From positions 930,001 to 994,000 of the forward strand of contig CP145411.1 in assembly GCA_036867785.1 (NCBI GenBank): a DNA stretch of 64,000 bases, given 5' to 3'. The position numbers were made by a program, and so were the translations under genes. Below the pieces are notes generated by a model. It saw only the letters and a list, made by a program, of their open reading frames with translations, did not search any database and was not told the origin of the DNA. The DNA is from Plasmodiophora brassicae. Taxonomy: Eukaryota. Positions 60,201 through 64,000 of this stretch are shown in pieces; positions within the stretch are counted from its first letter, which is position 1; each line of letters starts with the position of its first letter.

Positions 60201-60353
60201 TGCTCGTTGACACGGCGTTCGTTGACACGGCGTTCGTTGACACGGCACAGCACCGACGACAATATAAACATACGCTGCGGCCCGCCCCCTCTCTCCGCAA
60301 CACGGTATAGGTACATATAGTTGACGGACAGACACACAGACGCACTCATTGTC

Positions 60354-61838
60354 GCGTCCCATTATTTCTCGCGATGCGCCGTACCCTCCCCAAAAAAGTC
60401 CAAAGCCATTTTTGCTGAGACTTTTGACTTTGCCCATCGGGCCATCGCGATCCGCCGCCATCGCCGTCGCCGACCACAGCCCACAGGCCACCGGGGGTAG
60501 CTCCGTGACTCGGCTACCCGACCAATTTGGCATCGAACCTGGTTGGCCGCACAACGATTGACGATTGTCCTGCTCCTATGGATTGGTTAGCGTGTATTGA
60601 CCTGAACTGTCTGCTTGAAAGCTTCTCGGGGAAGAAGTTGTCACCTCGTCTGACGGCACAGCGACTGCGGCCCGGTGCTGTGCCAGCACAGTCCCAGCGT
60701 GCTCGAAGACATGAATAGCCTGTGCCAAAGTCTTGATCGTACTCATCACAAGTTAAGAGAAGTGAGTTCAGCTGTTCGAGATCCCGATCAAACCAATGAA
60801 TCATCAAAGCCCAATTTGGCTGGCCATCTGGTGATATTGACATGTTCGGTGCTCCGCGACTGGAATATCACTTCGAAACTGTATGGCGACATCACATTAG
60901 ACTGCCTATGTTGTATTGACAGTATTGTACATCAGGTTCATCAACATTGTCTGCCGCAACAAGGCCTGCGATTCATCTCGTATGATGATACAGAAGGTTA
61001 GTTCGAACGGACCTTTGTAGAAGTTCAGTTCAACTGCCTGAGCTTCTGTACAGATCGATCATTCTCCCAGATCTGTCGAAGGTCCGGAGAGTATCCGAAT
61101 ACAAAGCGTTCTTACTGATGGCGAAAAATTCACCGCCCGCCCGACCCAGAAGCCGACCTGAAAGCTGAAGTCATCGTGCGTTTCTCGTACGTTCTTGAAG
61201 AGCGGTTGGTCGTAATTAGTCCATTTCCACCTGCCTTTTGTTAACACTTAGAGTTGCTTCCGTAGGTTGTCAAGACCAGGTCAACCAAGTCGATTGCACA
61301 ACATGCTGTATGCCTGTCAATGATGCGTTCCTGCATCACCATGTCGAACGGTTCAGCGGCCCGGGCGTCGGCTAACACACCCGTTGATGCAAGCACGTCG
61401 GCCAGTACGATACGATCCTTTAGCAAGGTCCCTCTTGCTGTTCCGCAGTACACTCCAAGTCTCCGTTTGAGGAAGACGGTTCTGTTCAATCATACAACCC
61501 ATAAATTAACATTGGCACTGTTTGTTCTCCTATATCGCGTCGCTTACCACGAGGACACTCCCCACCCGAATTGGTGATCGCGCCCCGGACAGTTCGAATT
61601 CCTCCACTCTCTGCCCCACCGTACATGACCGGTCCCAAGTCCCCTCTTTCAACGAGGAATGTGCTGTGGGAACATGGCCTATGGGAAATGGGACGCCTTG
61701 AGGGCACAACTCGTACACGTCGTCTAGCGGAAAACACAAGTCTCAGGCGCAAAACGACAGGAGTGAGCGGTGCCGGCCAAAAATGTCTTAGGACTTTTTT
61801 GGGGAGGGTACGGCGCATCGCGAGAAATAATGGGACGC
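60354..61838. mobile_element. Non-autonomous Mutator-like (MULE) DNA transposon, 1,485 bp
   Basis: ~60-bp terminal inverted repeats GCGTCCCATTATTTCTCGCGATGCGCCGTACCCTCCCCAAAAAAGTCC... (60354-60414 / 61778-61838), flanked by a perfect 9-bp direct repeat CTCATTGTC (60345-60353, 61839-61847); no intact transposase. Confidence 0.9.
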
Positions 61839-62043
61839 CTCATTGTCAGTCTGTGACTGGGTCTCACAGGGCGCGGGCAACCGAGGAGCAAGCCGCGGAG
61901 TGCTCGGAGTGCGGCCGACCGAAGTGCGCGACTGTACGCGCAATATCAATATGCTATCTTAAGTCGTAACCCGTCGCGAAAAGCCGAAGATATGACTGGA
62001 CTGCCCAGTACGGCAACCAACATAATTATCTCGTTTGTGGTGA

Positions 62044-64000
62044 ATGGACGAATGGGCGACGGTGAGGGACGTACGGCTGCAGTTAGAGCAGGTACGAAAG
62101 GCGTGCGAGGCGCGCGGCAAACTCTTCGACGACTACTTCGAGTGCGTTCGCACCAGTTCGATACGACCGGATGGAACGCGACGGATGTCGAACGAAATCG
62201 ACCCGAGCCTCACTGTCCCCCTGTTCGACGGGTTTAGCACGACGCCGACCGAGGCCGAACGCGCTCCGCTTCACGTTGCGCCACTCGTTGACACATCTGC
62301 CACGCCTCATTATGAACGCCCGCCTTCGAATGACGATCTGGCCGCCAACAAAGACGATGACGCTGTCAAGGCTTGGCTTCGTGAGTACCTCGCCGAAAAG
62401 GTTTACAAACGGCCTGTTGTCGTCTACGCTGGCGCTGTCGTCCGGGCACTAGACCAGGTATGTCTCACGCGTCCGTGCTAAGACGTCTGCGGCTAAACAC
62501 GATCAGGTGTACAGCAATGGCGAGCAATTCGACTTTGCCCGGTTCCGAACAGCGAATCTTACGATCGGTCAGACACCGACCTCGTGGAAGCAGCGAGAGC
62601 AGGACATCGCCCACTGGACGAGCAATGCCCACATGACGTACCGAATCGAACGTAGTTCATCGTCGGGCGCTCAACCGCCGGATCTACGTATCGTTCACGC
62701 CCTGTTTCAGCAGCAGGGATTTGCACAGACAAGCGACCCGTCGTCCTGGCATTGCCTATGGCTGGCGCCGTCCGTCCGCCTTCGACTGAAACAGTACCGT
62801 CAGCTAGTACCCGGGCAACGGGTGAACCGATTCCCGGGAGGCCATCTCCTGGCATCACGATGGCAATGGGTGCCGACGTCAACCCGGCTGGCTCAGGTCC
62901 ACGGTGACAAGTACGCGCTCCTTCCAGCGATGTTTCGTCACCCGGAACAGGCCGACGCCATCCACCTCTACCGACAGCAGCACCTCGACCAGTACATGAC
63001 CGTCGAACTAGTCGACGATAACGGCGATGTTGTCGAAGGGACCGCATCGACCATCGTCCAGCCTGGACAACCGCTGCCGCGCCTCAAACGCACACAGCGC
63101 GCCGTCATCACACGCTACATCGATAAGCATAAGCTCGTGCTCGGAAGACGAATGGTTCGCTGGCAGCCAAGTGGATGCTGCCTTTGGTTGATGATATGTC
63201 CGATCAGGTGGAGATCGTGGCCATGGCGTCGGTGACGAGTTTCGACCCGTTGCGGGTCTGGTTGTACAACGAAGCGGTCGTCTATCTTCGGGCGCCGGTC
63301 CACATCCCCGCTTCCGGCGTCGACTATGGGTTCGCGTCCGCTGATCAGAAACCTCGAGTCTGGGGCCTTGATGACGATACGGACGTGGATCCGGTCCCTG
63401 ATGCTTCTGGACGCGTACACCGATCATGGACCTGGCTGCAAGGGTATACACTGTCTTCATCGTCGCAACGCTTTGCCTACTGATATTCGCGGTAAACAGT
63501 GTGCTACGGGAGGCAGGTCATGACCATGGTGCTGTTTGGCGTCGTATTCGGGAATCCGTTCTGCAGGCTGTCACTGGCATCCAGCCTGACGTCAAGCGTC
63601 TCATGCGGCTCTGCGTGCACGACCGTCAGACATGCTACGAAATGTTCCAGGTACAGACGCTATATTACTTCGTTTAGGGCGTTCTGACAAATCCCAACAG
63701 TTTAACTTCGTGCTCGACGACCGCGCCCGTCCATGGCTGGTGCGGGTCAGCGCGCCCGACCTGCGATGCATCTCGCCGATCCAGCTCGCGGTGTACTCAG
63801 GCGCCGTTGCCGACAGCCTCAACATGATCCGGATGCGTCCAGGGCAGCCGGTCGTACCTCGGACCAAATGGGTCACTCCGCCATCACGACCCAAACGCAT
63901 CAGCGCGGTGACAAGTGACCCATTGACACAACCAACAGTTGCTGATCAGAGTATGCCTTTCGCAGGCACTACGACGGCGTCGACGATCGCCATCTCCAAT
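62044..64000 (+). CDS. Tubulin-tyrosine-ligase-like (TTLL4/5-like) protein with degenerate catalytic motifs, multi-exon, runs off the window
   Basis: GF..T....WHCLW; QRVNRFPG; ITRYID; VTSFDPLRVWLYNEAVV; WRRIRESV; CYEMFQ|FNFVLDDRARPWLVRVSAP. Confidence 0.85.

Noticed and set aside
60204-60246. 15-bp unit repeated about 3 times (TCGTTGACACGGCGT)
   Set aside because: Too short to assign a function; probably replication slippage.

Overview
Gene-dense eukaryotic DNA, GC-rich by eye, with many short (~50-60 nt) GT-AG introns. It is not prokaryotic. Intron size, composition and flagellar-type genes suggest a compact protist genome, plausibly a phytomyxid such as Plasmodiophora; this is inference, not proof. 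In order, the window holds: (1) a rearranged Ty1/copia retrotransposon with RT on +, gag on -, a 180-bp LTR and a half-tRNA-Lys primer site; (2) a shortened UBR4/BIG E3 ligase; (3) a signal-peptide J-domain protein; (4) a DP transcription factor; (5) a MEI1/PRD1-like helical protein; (6) a DUF1765-like protein; (7) a TPR-like protein; (8) a Kch1-like K+ transporter; (9) a SPATA4-like CH-domain protein; (10) class III ADH/GSNOR; (11) a CRAL-TRIO protein; (12) a CBS+C2 fusion; (13) a 1,330-aa helical protein; (14) an HPR+RAP protein; (15) a ~3,036-aa signal-peptide protein combining a CE-clan-like His/Asn/Gln/Cys protease motif set, a DUF3638/DUF3645-type SF2-like ATPase and C-terminal hydrophobic helices, which is the most intriguing item; (16) TRM112; (17) CAF-1 p60; (18) a bHLH-ZIP factor; (19) an acidic low-complexity protein; (20) a MULE-like TIR element with a 9-bp TSD; (21) a catalytically degenerate TTLL-like gene. 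Four local duplicated gene fragments are also visible. Exon boundaries were read by eye, and family calls come from motif recognition, not database searches.
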